Part shown: one piece after another, positions 8,802 to 17,852 of the stretch | Position numbering within the stretch: position 1 is the first letter of the stretch | Layout: each line of letters begins with the position of its first letter | NCBI GenBank assembly: GCA_963828525.1 | Contig: CAWHEP010000002.1 | Coordinates: 1-64,000, forward strand | DNA from: an uncultured Verrucomicrobiae bacterium | GTDB lineage: Bacteria > Verrucomicrobiota > Verrucomicrobiia > Chthoniobacterales > Chthoniobacteraceae | Direction: 5' to 3' | Length of the DNA: 64,000 bases | Notes under the pieces: model-generated | The model's input: only the letters and a program-made list of their open reading frames with translations | Told to the model about the DNA's origin: nothing | Database searches by the model: none | Program-made: the position numbers and the translations under genes

Positions 8802-10041
8802 GATAGCGACGCCGCCTGCGGAAGCCTCCAGGAAGCCAGTGCTTCTTGTAGTCGATGATGAGGAAGGTCCGCGCCAGTCACTGAAAATTGTCTTCAAGAC
8901 GGATTACGAGGTCATTCTGGCAAATGACGGCAAAACAGCGCTCGAGTTGATCCGCCAGCACGATGTCTCCGTCGCCATCCTCGACATCCTCATGGCTGGC
9001 ATGTCAGGAACAGAACTTCTTCAACGCTTAAAGGAGGTAAACCCGTCCATCGAAGTTATCATGCTTACTGCCTATGAGACGATTGAGACGGCAAGGCACG
9101 CCATCAGGCATGGTGCGTGCGACTACCTGAACAAGCCCTTCGACATTACGACGGTCCGTGCGGCGGTCAGCAGGGCGCTGGAGAAGCATCGCCTGGCCCG
9201 GAGCCTGTCCACGACCGACCAAAAACTCCAGGAATTGCAGCAGGAGATTCAGGACCAAAAAATCCAGGAGGAGATGATCCGTGCGAAGGGGGACATCTAT
9301 GCCAGCGTGCTCCATGATATAAATAGCCCGCTTACCGTCATTTCCGGCTACGTCGAAATGATCAACGGCTCAATGCGAAACAGCGCCACCCTGGAAGGTG
9401 AGCAGTTGGAAATGATCAAGGACGACTTGAACAAGCTCACTGGACAGGTCAGCCGCTGCTTCGAGATTTCGAAACGCTATCTCAGCTTCCTGCATAACAA
9501 CCCAAACGAGGAAGTAGCGAAGGTGGGGATGAACCAGGTGCTGACGGATTTGCGGGAACTGCTGATAAGACATCCGACAGCCCGCGGACATACGCTTTCC
9601 GTCCAGGAGCTCCCGGGCGACGCGGTGGCGGAAATCAATGGCACCGATCTCCTCCAGATTCTCCTGAATCTCACGGTGAACGCGCTTCAATGCACCGAAG
9701 CCCCGCACAGGGTGGAAGTGCGTTGCGAGAAATTGCGTACGCCGGTGGATATGACTCTTGTGAAAGACTCCCCCGGCCTTCGGATCATCAATAAGGAGGG
9801 CTTTCGGAATTGCGCGCCGCTTATTGCCTTGACGGTACAAGATAGCGGACCGGGTATTCCCCAGGAAATTCTTTCAAAAATGTTTGAGGAAAAGTTTACG
9901 ACCAAGACCGCTGACAAGGGAACAGGGCTGGGGCTTTCCATCGTGAGACGCCTCGTAAAGGAGGCGGAAGGAGCGCTAAAGCTGCAGACCCAGCCCGGTT
10001 TTGGTGCTGCCTTTACAATCTATTTGCGCAGCGAGGGTTAG
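8785..10041 (+). CDS. Hybrid receiver-histidine kinase
   Basis: VLLVVDDEE...ILDILM...LTAY...LNKPF receiver, H-box VLHDINSPL, DSGPGI, GTGLGL; start (TTG 8785) uncertain. Confidence 0.9.
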   Translation: MDITSKIATPPAEASRKPVLLVVDDEEGPRQSLKIVFKTDYEVILANDGKTALELIRQHDVSVAILDILMAGMSGTELLQRLKEVNPSIEVIMLTAYETIETARHAIRHGACDYLNKPFDITTVRAAVSRALEKHRLARSLSTTDQKLQELQQEIQDQKIQEEMIRAKGDIYASVLHDINSPLTVISGYVEMINGSMRNSATLEGEQLEMIKDDLNKLTGQVSRCFEISKRYLSFLHNNPNEEVAKVGMNQVLTDLRELLIRHPTARGHTLSVQELPGDAVAEINGTDLLQILLNLTVNALQCTEAPHRVEVRCEKLRTPVDMTLVKDSPGLRIINKEGFRNCAPLIALTVQDSGPGIPQEILSKMFEEKFTTKTADKGTGLGLSIVRRLVKEAEGALKLQTQPGFGAAFTIYLRSEG

Positions 10042-10128
10042 TTTTCAATCTAGCTCCTTACGAATTCAGGACTTCAGCAACGGATTCGGCGGTGTTGTTC
10101 CGGCATCGGCCTGCTGCTGATCTTCTGC

Positions 10129-10959
10129 TTGCTCCGTTGCATAGGGTACGCGGGCACGCTGACGGTGCACATCCAATCTCCCGAAGGAGAAACAGATGTT
10201 CGGTCACAATATTACATCGACCTGCTTCGGCTCTCACTCGCGGAGACTGTGGACTCCGACGGTCCGTTTCAAATTGAATTCTGCAAACTGGCCATGCCCC
10301 TGCAAAACCGCGGTGTTTGGTTCCTGCGTCGCAAGCAACAAATCGACCTCTGCTGGACGATGACCAGTATCCAGCGCGAAAAGGAGATGCTCCCGATTCC
10401 AATCCCTTTGCTCAAGGGATTGCTCGGTTACCGTGTTTTCCTTATCAACGCCAAAGATCAGCCCAAGTTTGACGGGATCGAGACACTTGATCAACTTCGG
10501 GCGCTCACGGCAGGACAAGGGCAAGATTGGCCGGATAACGCAATCCTCGAGGCGAATGGCATCCCCACCGAGGTGGGACGTAGCTACGACGGTTTATTCG
10601 AAATGCTTCGCAAGCACCGTTTTGACTACTTTCCAAGGGCAATTAGCGAAGCCTGGCAGGAGCTGGAAGTCCACAAGCACGCAGGGTTGGCCGTGGAGAA
10701 GCATCTGCTTCTTTATTACCCGACGGATATGTTCTTTTTCGTGAACAAGGCGTCCGCTCCTCTTGCCGCGCGGGTCGAGCGCGGTTTGCGCAAAGCGATT
10801 TCAGACGGATCCTTCGACCGTCTGTTCCATGAGCGCAATCAGGATATAATCGATCTGGCGGATATTCCCCACAGGACCGTCTTCAAATTAAAGAATCCGG
10901 CTCTCCCTCCGGACGTTCCCGTTGGCACCAAAGGGTTGTGGCTGGAGCCCCCGCGCTAA
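10129..10959 (+). CDS. Periplasmic substrate-binding protein (family 3-like)
   Basis: GLLGYRVFLI, GQGQDWPDNAILEANG, RFDYFPR, LLLYYP motifs; frame is open back to 10054 with a signal-like stretch, so the true start may be upstream. Confidence 0.85.
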   Translation: MLRCIGYAGTLTVHIQSPEGETDVRSQYYIDLLRLSLAETVDSDGPFQIEFCKLAMPLQNRGVWFLRRKQQIDLCWTMTSIQREKEMLPIPIPLLKGLLGYRVFLINAKDQPKFDGIETLDQLRALTAGQGQDWPDNAILEANGIPTEVGRSYDGLFEMLRKHRFDYFPRAISEAWQELEVHKHAGLAVEKHLLLYYPTDMFFFVNKASAPLAARVERGLRKAISDGSFDRLFHERNQDIIDLADIPHRTVFKLKNPALPPDVPVGTKGLWLEPPR

Positions 10960-12581
10960 TGAAGCGATTTGCCCCCCTCACGATTGCCGCCCTGGCTGGT
11001 TGCCTTGCGACAGCGATCTGGCTGAACGAGAAACACACCTTCGCAAGGGTGGAAGCGCAGACGGCGCGGTACGCTCAATTTATCGAGCCTCACCTGTGGA
11101 ATATTGACAGGGAGGACGCCAGGCAGGAGTTGGAAATCATTAGCAAGGCAGGCGGCTACCGCTCTATCTACGTGACGCACTCCGACGGCGAGGCCTTCGC
11201 ATCGATAGATAAAGACAAACCTTCCAGAGGGATCGAGGCGCTGCTCGGCAAGGCGGGATTGATCCGGGACGTTCCTGTCGGCAGTCCAGTTTTGCACGAT
11301 GGCATGGAGATCGGGCGGATGGACGCCGAATGGACAAACAAAAACATCTACACCTACTTCTACATCCTCTGCCTCTTCATACTTTGCTGTTTCGTAGCAG
11401 TCCTGGCCCAATTTTTTCGGCGTGCAGCCCGCCAGAAGGGCGAGGCCGAAAAGGCGCTCACCGAGAGTCGAAAGCGGCTTCAGATCGTCGTTTCGGGCGC
11501 ACCCATCATGCTCTTTTCCCTGACACCACAAGGCGTCTTTACTCTTTGCGAGGGCAAGGGTCTTGAGAAACTTCGGCGCAACCAGGCGGAGATCATTGCC
11601 CATTCCGTCACCGACGTTTTCAAGGATACTCCGGCTATGATCGAGGACTTCCATCGTGCCCTTGCTGGAGAAACCTTCACTTCCACGCGTGAAATAGGCC
11701 GGCGCGTTTTTGAGTGCTGGTACACGCCCGTTCACGAAGCGAACGGACGCGTTGCGCGGGTCACCGTCGTGGCCACGGATATCACTGAATTACAGCGCGC
11801 GATGGAAGAACTTGCAAAGCGGGATGAGCGTCTCGGCCAGGAGCTGCTTCTTGCCCGGAAGATTCAGCGCGCCCTGGTGCCGGCGCAACTGCCGCGCATT
11901 CCGGGCCTTGACTTGGGGCTGCTATTCATCCCCTCAGGAGACATCGGCGGCGACTTTGTGGATTTCATCAAGAGCGAAGGCAATACGAAGCTTGGGGTCG
12001 TCTGCTCGGACATCACAGGGCATGGTGTTCCAGCCGCGCTGCTTTCAGCGATCTTCAAGGTTTTGGTCGGAGACATTCTGCGATCCAAACAATCCCCGTC
12101 CGCGTGTATCTCCTCCCTGAATCAGCGCCTGTGCGACGAGTTTCCGCTGGGAAATTTCGCCAGCACCTTCTACTCGGTTTTCGACATTCAGCAACGGACG
12201 CTGACTTACGTGAAAGCGTCGCAGGAGCCAGCGCTTCTGTTCCGGCGTGGTGAGAGCGTCCAGTATCTGCAAACCGGCGGTCCTGTCCTCGGTATCCTCA
12301 ATCCAGCGACTTGTGAGAACGTCCACTATGAGCAATCGACCATTCCTCTCCAGGTGGGCGATACGATCTTCCTCTACACGGATGGATTGATCGAGTTGGA
12401 AAATGCGGGTGGGGTCATGCTGGAGCGTGCCGATCTGATCCGATGGATCGAGCAGGATTTGGCACTCTCTCCACAGGAACTCGTGCAACGCATTCATTCA
12501 CGATCCGTGGAGTTCGCGGGAACCTCAGAACTCCCCGATGATGTAACCGTCGTCGCAATCCGGGTCGGAATGGCGGCCTAG
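10959..12581 (+). CDS. Membrane-bound PAS-SpoIIE/PP2C phosphatase
   Basis: Two TMs around a periplasmic domain, PAS, GGDFVD, SDITGHGVPAA, YTDGLIE, DDVTVV; TAATG overlap with SBP. Confidence 0.92.
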   Translation: MKRFAPLTIAALAGCLATAIWLNEKHTFARVEAQTARYAQFIEPHLWNIDREDARQELEIISKAGGYRSIYVTHSDGEAFASIDKDKPSRGIEALLGKAGLIRDVPVGSPVLHDGMEIGRMDAEWTNKNIYTYFYILCLFILCCFVAVLAQFFRRAARQKGEAEKALTESRKRLQIVVSGAPIMLFSLTPQGVFTLCEGKGLEKLRRNQAEIIAHSVTDVFKDTPAMIEDFHRALAGETFTSTREIGRRVFECWYTPVHEANGRVARVTVVATDITELQRAMEELAKRDERLGQELLLARKIQRALVPAQLPRIPGLDLGLLFIPSGDIGGDFVDFIKSEGNTKLGVVCSDITGHGVPAALLSAIFKVLVGDILRSKQSPSACISSLNQRLCDEFPLGNFASTFYSVFDIQQRTLTYVKASQEPALLFRRGESVQYLQTGGPVLGILNPATCENVHYEQSTIPLQVGDTIFLYTDGLIELENAGGVMLERADLIRWIEQDLALSPQELVQRIHSRSVEFAGTSELPDDVTVVAIRVGMAA

Positions 12582-12595
12582 CCGCGCGATACGGA

Positions 12596-12934
12596 CTACT
12601 TGTTGCCCTTCGGAGTGATCTCCGACCTGCCGATAAATGTCGCTCCATCTTCCATGACAAGGCGGGAGGTCTTTAGGTTGCCTTCGAACCTGGCGGTCGG
12701 CTTTAGTTGACATTTTTCGGAAACATTGACGTCGCCCCGGAGAACGCCAGAAATTGTAAGGTATTGGGCGGTAATGTTCGCCGTGATATCGGAATGCTCC
12801 CCAAGGATGAGGGTCCGGCCTTCGATGGTCGGGCCGGTCAGTTTTCCGTCAAAGGTCAGTTCACCTTTAAAGGAGATGGAACCGGCGATTTCGACATCGC
12901 CGAGGAGGTTGCTGCTGAGTTGGGAAGGATCCAT
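12596..12934 (-). CDS. Bactofilin (polymer-forming cytoskeletal protein)
   Basis: DVEIAGSISFKGELTFDG...LVMEDGATFIG beta-helix pattern. Confidence 0.9.
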   Translation of the reverse strand: MDPSQLSSNLLGDVEIAGSISFKGELTFDGKLTGPTIEGRTLILGEHSDITANITAQYLTISGVLRGDVNVSEKCQLKPTARFEGNLKTSRLVMEDGATFIGRSEITPKGNK

Positions 12935-12942
12935 TTGTGTGA

Positions 12943-14001
12943 CTACGGGGTGAAATCGTGGCTCTTCTTGAGACGCGCGCAAAAGCTCGCGAGCAGTTTC
13001 GCGGCATTCGCCAGATCTTCAAGCGAGAGCAGTTCGTTCGGCGTATGCATATAGCGGAGAGGCACCGAAAGCAACCCTGTTGCCATGCCTGATCGCGAAA
13101 TTTGCATAACGTTCGCATCCGTCCCGGTCCCCCGTGCCGCAGATGCCACCTGTATGGGAATGCTCTCCGCCGCGGCCGCCTCCACCAGAAGCTTGAAGAC
13201 CTTCGGATTTATATTTGCCCCCCGATAGACCATCGGGCCGCCTCCCACCCGGTAATCCCCGGCTTTCTTTTTCTCGATGCCCGGCACGTCCGTGCCGTGC
13301 GATACATCGAGAGCAATCCCCACATCAGCCTCGGCGGAAAAAGCGCTGGTCTGGGCTCCGCGCAATCCGATTTCTTCCTGCACAGTGGAAATGCCCATCA
13401 CACAGGCATCGAAATCCATGCCATGCAGCAGACGCAGCACTTCGGTCACAATCCACGTGCCCATCTTGTTATCAAATGCCATCGAAACTACGCGGTCATT
13501 GGCGAGTTCGGTATAGGGCTGGACAAACACACCGGCATCCCCGATCGCGACGCGCTTGGAAGCGTCCTCCCTGCTGGTAGCCCCGATATCCACATAGAGA
13601 TCATCCATCTTGGGCACCTTCTTGCGGTCGTCATCATCCATGAGATGAATCGCCTTTCGCCCGATCACGCCCATGACGGCGCCGTCCGACGCCATGATCG
13701 ACACCCTCTGCGCGGCTGCCACGGTGGGATCCACGCCTCCAATCGCCTCCACGTAAAGAAACCCGTCGTCGGTGATGTAGCGGACGATAAATCCGATCTG
13801 GTCGCAATGGCCGGCCAGCATGATCCGCGGCTTGCCACCCAGATTCCGAATGCCAAACACGTTCCCCATCACGTCGGTTCTTACCTCGTCGCACCATGGA
13901 CGGATTCGTTCGCGTACGAGCTTTTGCACTTCGTGCTCGTACCCGGAGGGACTTGGGGTTTCGACAAGCTGCTTGAGGAAGGCTTTGGAGTCGTCTGTCA
14001 T
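12943..14001 (-). CDS. M42 family metallopeptidase
   Basis: PSPSGYE, AGHCDQIG, AFDNK, QEEIGLRG, GTDA, RYMHTP. Confidence 0.95.
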   Translation of the reverse strand: MTDDSKAFLKQLVETPSPSGYEHEVQKLVRERIRPWCDEVRTDVMGNVFGIRNLGGKPRIMLAGHCDQIGFIVRYITDDGFLYVEAIGGVDPTVAAAQRVSIMASDGAVMGVIGRKAIHLMDDDDRKKVPKMDDLYVDIGATSREDASKRVAIGDAGVFVQPYTELANDRVVSMAFDNKMGTWIVTEVLRLLHGMDFDACVMGISTVQEEIGLRGAQTSAFSAEADVGIALDVSHGTDVPGIEKKKAGDYRVGGGPMVYRGANINPKVFKLLVEAAAAESIPIQVASAARGTGTDANVMQISRSGMATGLLSVPLRYMHTPNELLSLEDLANAAKLLASFCARLKKSHDFTP

Positions 14002-14165
14002 TTGAGATAGATGCTGAAGGAGCCAAAAGGTGTAGTCGCCCAGCAGCGGCACGCAAAGTAAAAAGCTCCTCGGGACATTTATTCTGCTACCGACGTATCA
14101 TCCTCGATTCCGATTGCGCGAAGCGCCTTTCTGGCGCAATGATTCGTTCGTCATTCCGCTGACAC

Positions 14166-14239
14166 GCGTCCGTAGCTCAATTGGATAGAGCGTTGGCCTC
14201 CGAAGCCAAAGGTTGTGGGTTCGACCCCCGCCGGGCGCA
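14166..14239 (+). tRNA. tRNA-Arg(CCG)
   Basis: GCGTCCG/CGGGCGC acceptor, TTGGC-CT CCG AA-GCCAA anticodon arm, GGTTCGA T-loop. Confidence 0.96.
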
Positions 14240-14462
14240 TGACTGCGCGACCGGCAAGGGGGGCCGGATCGACTGCCTTGATCTGAACAGCAGCCGGAGC
14301 GGCCGCGACGCCCAATAATTCACCAGGTGTTCTACAATCCGCCAGACCTTCATGCCAGACGAGATCTTCCCGAAGGAGAGTGCCGTCTCGCAGGTATTCA
14401 ATCACGGCCTCCCTGGAATATGGCCCAAACTGTTCACCCTCTCAGCTTATGAAATACTCCAT
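14240..14462 (-). pseudogene. GYF_2 (DUF4339) domain remnant
   Basis: MEYFIS*EGEQFGPYSREAV...LVWHEGLADC; in-frame TGA at codon 7; frame runs into the antisense of tRNA-Arg. Confidence 0.65.
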
Positions 14463-14733
14463 TTTGTCATGCCTCCAAAGCTGGCGCGTCGGATAACAGA
14501 GTCCGGGTGTGGCGTTTGTTACGATGGTGTAAATAAGGTGCGCGCGGGCGGAGGGCGGGTGCGCGAAGCTAATCACCCCGCTTGCACCCTGCATGAGCGT
14601 TCAAAATTGCGAAAATGCCGTTCTGCCGAGCCACTTTGCCAATTCCCTTGACACATTTCCGGCGGAGGTTTAGCGCTCGACGAATCGATTCCGAACACTC
14701 GTGACAAAAAAAACGCGCATCTCACATACCCCG

Positions 14734-15375
14734 ATGAAACTTATTGCTTCCGTTTCCGCCCTTCTAGTGGTTCTCCTTTCCGCCGTTTACGCCGGTGAAT
14801 CACCTGATGCGGCGATGTCAAAATCCGTCGTGGAGATGGACTTTTCCCCTTATCAGAAAGGTCACTTCGAGTTCGACTCCCTCTTCGGTTTATTCTGCTC
14901 CGTGACAGGCAGTCCGGACGCGCATCCGGCCTTTAACTACGAGCTAAACGACATACGCTTCGGATACATGCTGACGAACATCAAATATAGCGGATTCTTT
15001 CGCGGCAATTATGAATTGCTGCTGGAAGCCTCGGGTGGACCGGTAACGCAAGGCCCGGGCAGCTACCTTGTAGGCGGAGCTTTTCAGTGGCGTTATAATT
15101 TCATTCAAAACCCCAGCCAGCGGATTGTGCCCTACGGGCAGTTTGGCTTTGGTGGCGCTTACAGCGATGCGCATGCAAACCATAAGCAAGTGGAACTCGG
15201 GTCGGCTGGTGAATTCAATGAGCAGGTTTCGATCGGCTCTCATTTCTTCGTGACGAAGAGGCTGGCTATCGACGCGGAACTTGGTTTCCGTCATCTTTCC
15301 AATGCAGGGCTCACCTCGCGTAACACAGGAGTGAACACCCTGGGTGGGCTGCTCGGGGTGAGCTACTTCTATTAA
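14734..15375 (+). CDS. PagL-like lipid A deacylase / acyloxyacyl hydrolase
   Basis: Signal peptide, beta-barrel pattern, FRHLSNAGLTSRNTGVN catalytic His-Ser motif. Confidence 0.85.
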   Translation: MKLIASVSALLVVLLSAVYAGESPDAAMSKSVVEMDFSPYQKGHFEFDSLFGLFCSVTGSPDAHPAFNYELNDIRFGYMLTNIKYSGFFRGNYELLLEASGGPVTQGPGSYLVGGAFQWRYNFIQNPSQRIVPYGQFGFGGAYSDAHANHKQVELGSAGEFNEQVSIGSHFFVTKRLAIDAELGFRHLSNAGLTSRNTGVNTLGGLLGVSYFY

Positions 15376-15509
15376 ACCCCGGCGGTCCTGCCGCTTCCCA
15401 TCGTCTGACGATCGCGAGATTCCGCTGGGTGTCGCAGGAAGCGGCGGCCCAAGAGTGCCTCGGCATAAAAACCGTTGCAAACCCCTCCTCTGAACCTTAT
15501 TTTTTTATT

Positions 15510-15912
15510 ATGCCGCGCCGCGCAAGCTCGTCCGTAAATCCCGCCTGGACTCTGGGCGTGGTGCTCGGGCTTCTCGCCGCCGCCCTCGTAGGAGGTTATT
15601 TTCTCTACAGTTTTGTCAGCGACCCGTATCGCACTCTTGAGCCGCTGAATGTGACATCCTACCTTGAGGATTCGAATAGCCTTCGCCAAAATGTTTATAA
15701 ACTGAATTGCACGGTGGATAATCTCCTTTCGTGGTCGCGGGAGTCTGGGCGGCTATTCTCCGTGGAAGCCGATCCTGGCGGGGAGGTGCTGCCAGGTACT
15801 TGTGCCAGCGAACCTCAATGACGTGAATATTCAGAAGGGGCAGCGCTTCTTCCTGCGGATCATTGTTGGGGACAAAGGCATTCTCCGCGTGGAAGGGTTG
15901 CGCAAAGTATGA
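15510..15912 (+). CDS. Membrane-anchored hypothetical protein (+1 indel near 15795)
   Basis: N-terminal TM; continues in another frame as VLVPANLNDVNIQKGQRF...LRKV*; stop overlaps next ATG. Confidence 0.7.
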
Positions 15913-17783
15913 AAATAAAAATCTCCTCGCTATTGTGTGCGGCAGCACTCTTTCAAAATCTAGCGCATTCGCAAGTCGCCGACCCTGCTCCGGCACCGAG
16001 ATCCGCCGCTCCCGCTCCTTCCGGCGGAGGCGCTCCGGCCGCAGGCTCCGACAGCAAGGGATCAAAGCCGTTCCTTGGCCAGGACGTTCCATCGTTTGAT
16101 CCTGGAAGCGAGGTGTTCACATGGGACGGCAAGAGCTGGAATGTCAACGACAACAGGCTCTTCCAGGCGCGCTTTGAGAAATACCTCAACGCGCCCGAGG
16201 AAACCGGCACCGACGACACTCGTTACCAGGCTATTTTGAAGGCGATCCTCGACAAGCTCGCGCCGGGAAACGCCACTACGGCGAATATCGATGACGCGTT
16301 TCGCCTGCTGCCGAAAGCTTCCGACTATCAAATTGACGCCCGGCTCTGCGATTCCATTGCCGACGCGGTCTATAGCGCGTGGCGCTCACAAGATTCGAGC
16401 GACCGGCTCGCCAAGGCCAACGAGGGCCTTGCCGAGGATCTGAAGAAGACTCAGTGGAATGCGCAGATGGAGGCTAGCGACAATAAACTGGATGGCGCGC
16501 CATCCGGGGGCAAGCACCAGAATAACGCCGCCTCTCAGCAGTGGGCTCAAAACGAAAAGCTGAAGCGCGATGTCCGCATGGCTCCATACGTCCAGCGCAT
16601 CACGGAATTAAATGCCCTGCTTAAGGCAAACGATCTCAAGAAGCAGCTTTCTGCGATCCAGATGAAGATCGAATTTCAGGCGCTGATCGTTCAACTTTTT
16701 TTGCAGAGGCGATTTCAACATGTCCTGATGGCGACGCGGTTTTATCGGGCGGTATTTACCGATGGCGACACGCAACTGCGTGTTGGAAAGGATGCCCAGA
16801 ATATGTTTTCCAACACCAGCGGCATGCCTCCGACAGTTGGCACTCTTGATTCACTGGCGAACGAGTTGATACGTGACGCGCGCGAGGGTGTCGAAGCCTA
16901 TACGTTTCTGCTACAACAGAACGAACTGGAGAGCGCAACGAAAAGGCTCGCCGAGGCTTTCGTTACGGGCGAATACCTGCCCGAGTTGCGGACGCTCCCG
17001 CGTGAAAAGAAGCGGAAGGCGCTGGAGTTTACCCAGCAGACCAATCAACTGATTTCCTCCATTGAGGTGAAGGATTATACGCTGGCTGAAAAACTCGTTC
17101 ACAAGCTGGAGGCAAGTGCCAAGGATTTCGATAATTCCAAGCCTATGGCCGCGATCGAAACGGCGAAGACCGTAAGCGCGATGCACATTGCCAAGGCGAA
17201 AAATGCGGCCGTCAGCGGCGATCGGCAGACTCTTGAAGAGGAACTGAAGGCCGCTACGGAAATATGGCCGCGGAATCCGGCTCTCGCGGAGGTCTCAGGG
17301 ATGATCTTTTCTCAAGCTGACGTGCAGCAGAAGACGCTTCTTGATTTCGATCAACTTCTGAGTCAGCACAATTTTCGCCAAATTTACGACGACAAGATTC
17401 GCTTCATAGCCGCCGCCGCTCTTGACCCCGCGCGGCGCGACCAGTTAAAAAAGGTCATCGATGACATGCAGGAAATCGAGGGGGCCATCATGCGCGCGAC
17501 TGAAATAAAGAATCAGGGCGACTATGCCGGGGCTTGGGAGAGCGTTGAACGGGTCTTTAAACGTTTCCCGCAGGATAATAAACTAAATCAGGAGCGGGCC
17601 GATTTGACCACCCAAGCCGCAGACTTTGTGCGCACGTTGAGAACCGCCGAACAGCTCGAGCAGAAAGAGCAGGTCGGTTCCAGCCTTGCGTGGTATCTCA
17701 AGGCACAGAAGATCTATCCCCGCAGCGACTATGCGCAGGAGGGCATCAGCCGGCTGGTCAAAAAAATTCTCCCCGAAGCGTAG
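15909..17783 (+). CDS. Secreted alpha-helical (TPR-like) hypothetical protein
   Basis: 624-aa ORF with signal peptide, P/A/G linker and helical repeats. Confidence 0.85.
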   Translation: MKIKISSLLCAAALFQNLAHSQVADPAPAPRSAAPAPSGGGAPAAGSDSKGSKPFLGQDVPSFDPGSEVFTWDGKSWNVNDNRLFQARFEKYLNAPEETGTDDTRYQAILKAILDKLAPGNATTANIDDAFRLLPKASDYQIDARLCDSIADAVYSAWRSQDSSDRLAKANEGLAEDLKKTQWNAQMEASDNKLDGAPSGGKHQNNAASQQWAQNEKLKRDVRMAPYVQRITELNALLKANDLKKQLSAIQMKIEFQALIVQLFLQRRFQHVLMATRFYRAVFTDGDTQLRVGKDAQNMFSNTSGMPPTVGTLDSLANELIRDAREGVEAYTFLLQQNELESATKRLAEAFVTGEYLPELRTLPREKKRKALEFTQQTNQLISSIEVKDYTLAEKLVHKLEASAKDFDNSKPMAAIETAKTVSAMHIAKAKNAAVSGDRQTLEEELKAATEIWPRNPALAEVSGMIFSQADVQQKTLLDFDQLLSQHNFRQIYDDKIRFIAAAALDPARRDQLKKVIDDMQEIEGAIMRATEIKNQGDYAGAWESVERVFKRFPQDNKLNQERADLTTQAADFVRTLRTAEQLEQKEQVGSSLAWYLKAQKIYPRSDYAQEGISRLVKKILPEA

Positions 17784-17852
17784 ATAAAGGGTGCATAATT
17801 TAATTATTCCTCTTTGCTTGCCTTTTCCTATGGAACGGTTAAATATCCACAG

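Noticed and set aside
13102..14010. Long antisense ORFs here and at 25432-26370, 38878-39750, 40778-41647, 46145-47170, 56561-57508
   Set aside because: Shadow frames of well-supported opposite-strand genes in GC-rich DNA; no recognisable motifs
14442..14444. In-frame TGA as selenocysteine or recoding
   Set aside because: Position is not a catalytic Cys site, CGA>TGA decay is simpler, and other genes use TGA as stop
15391..15449. GCCGCTTCC...GGAAGCGGC inverted repeat after the PagL-like gene as ncRNA or MITE
   Set aside because: Only a 9-bp stem, single copy in the window, no U-tract or known RNA motif
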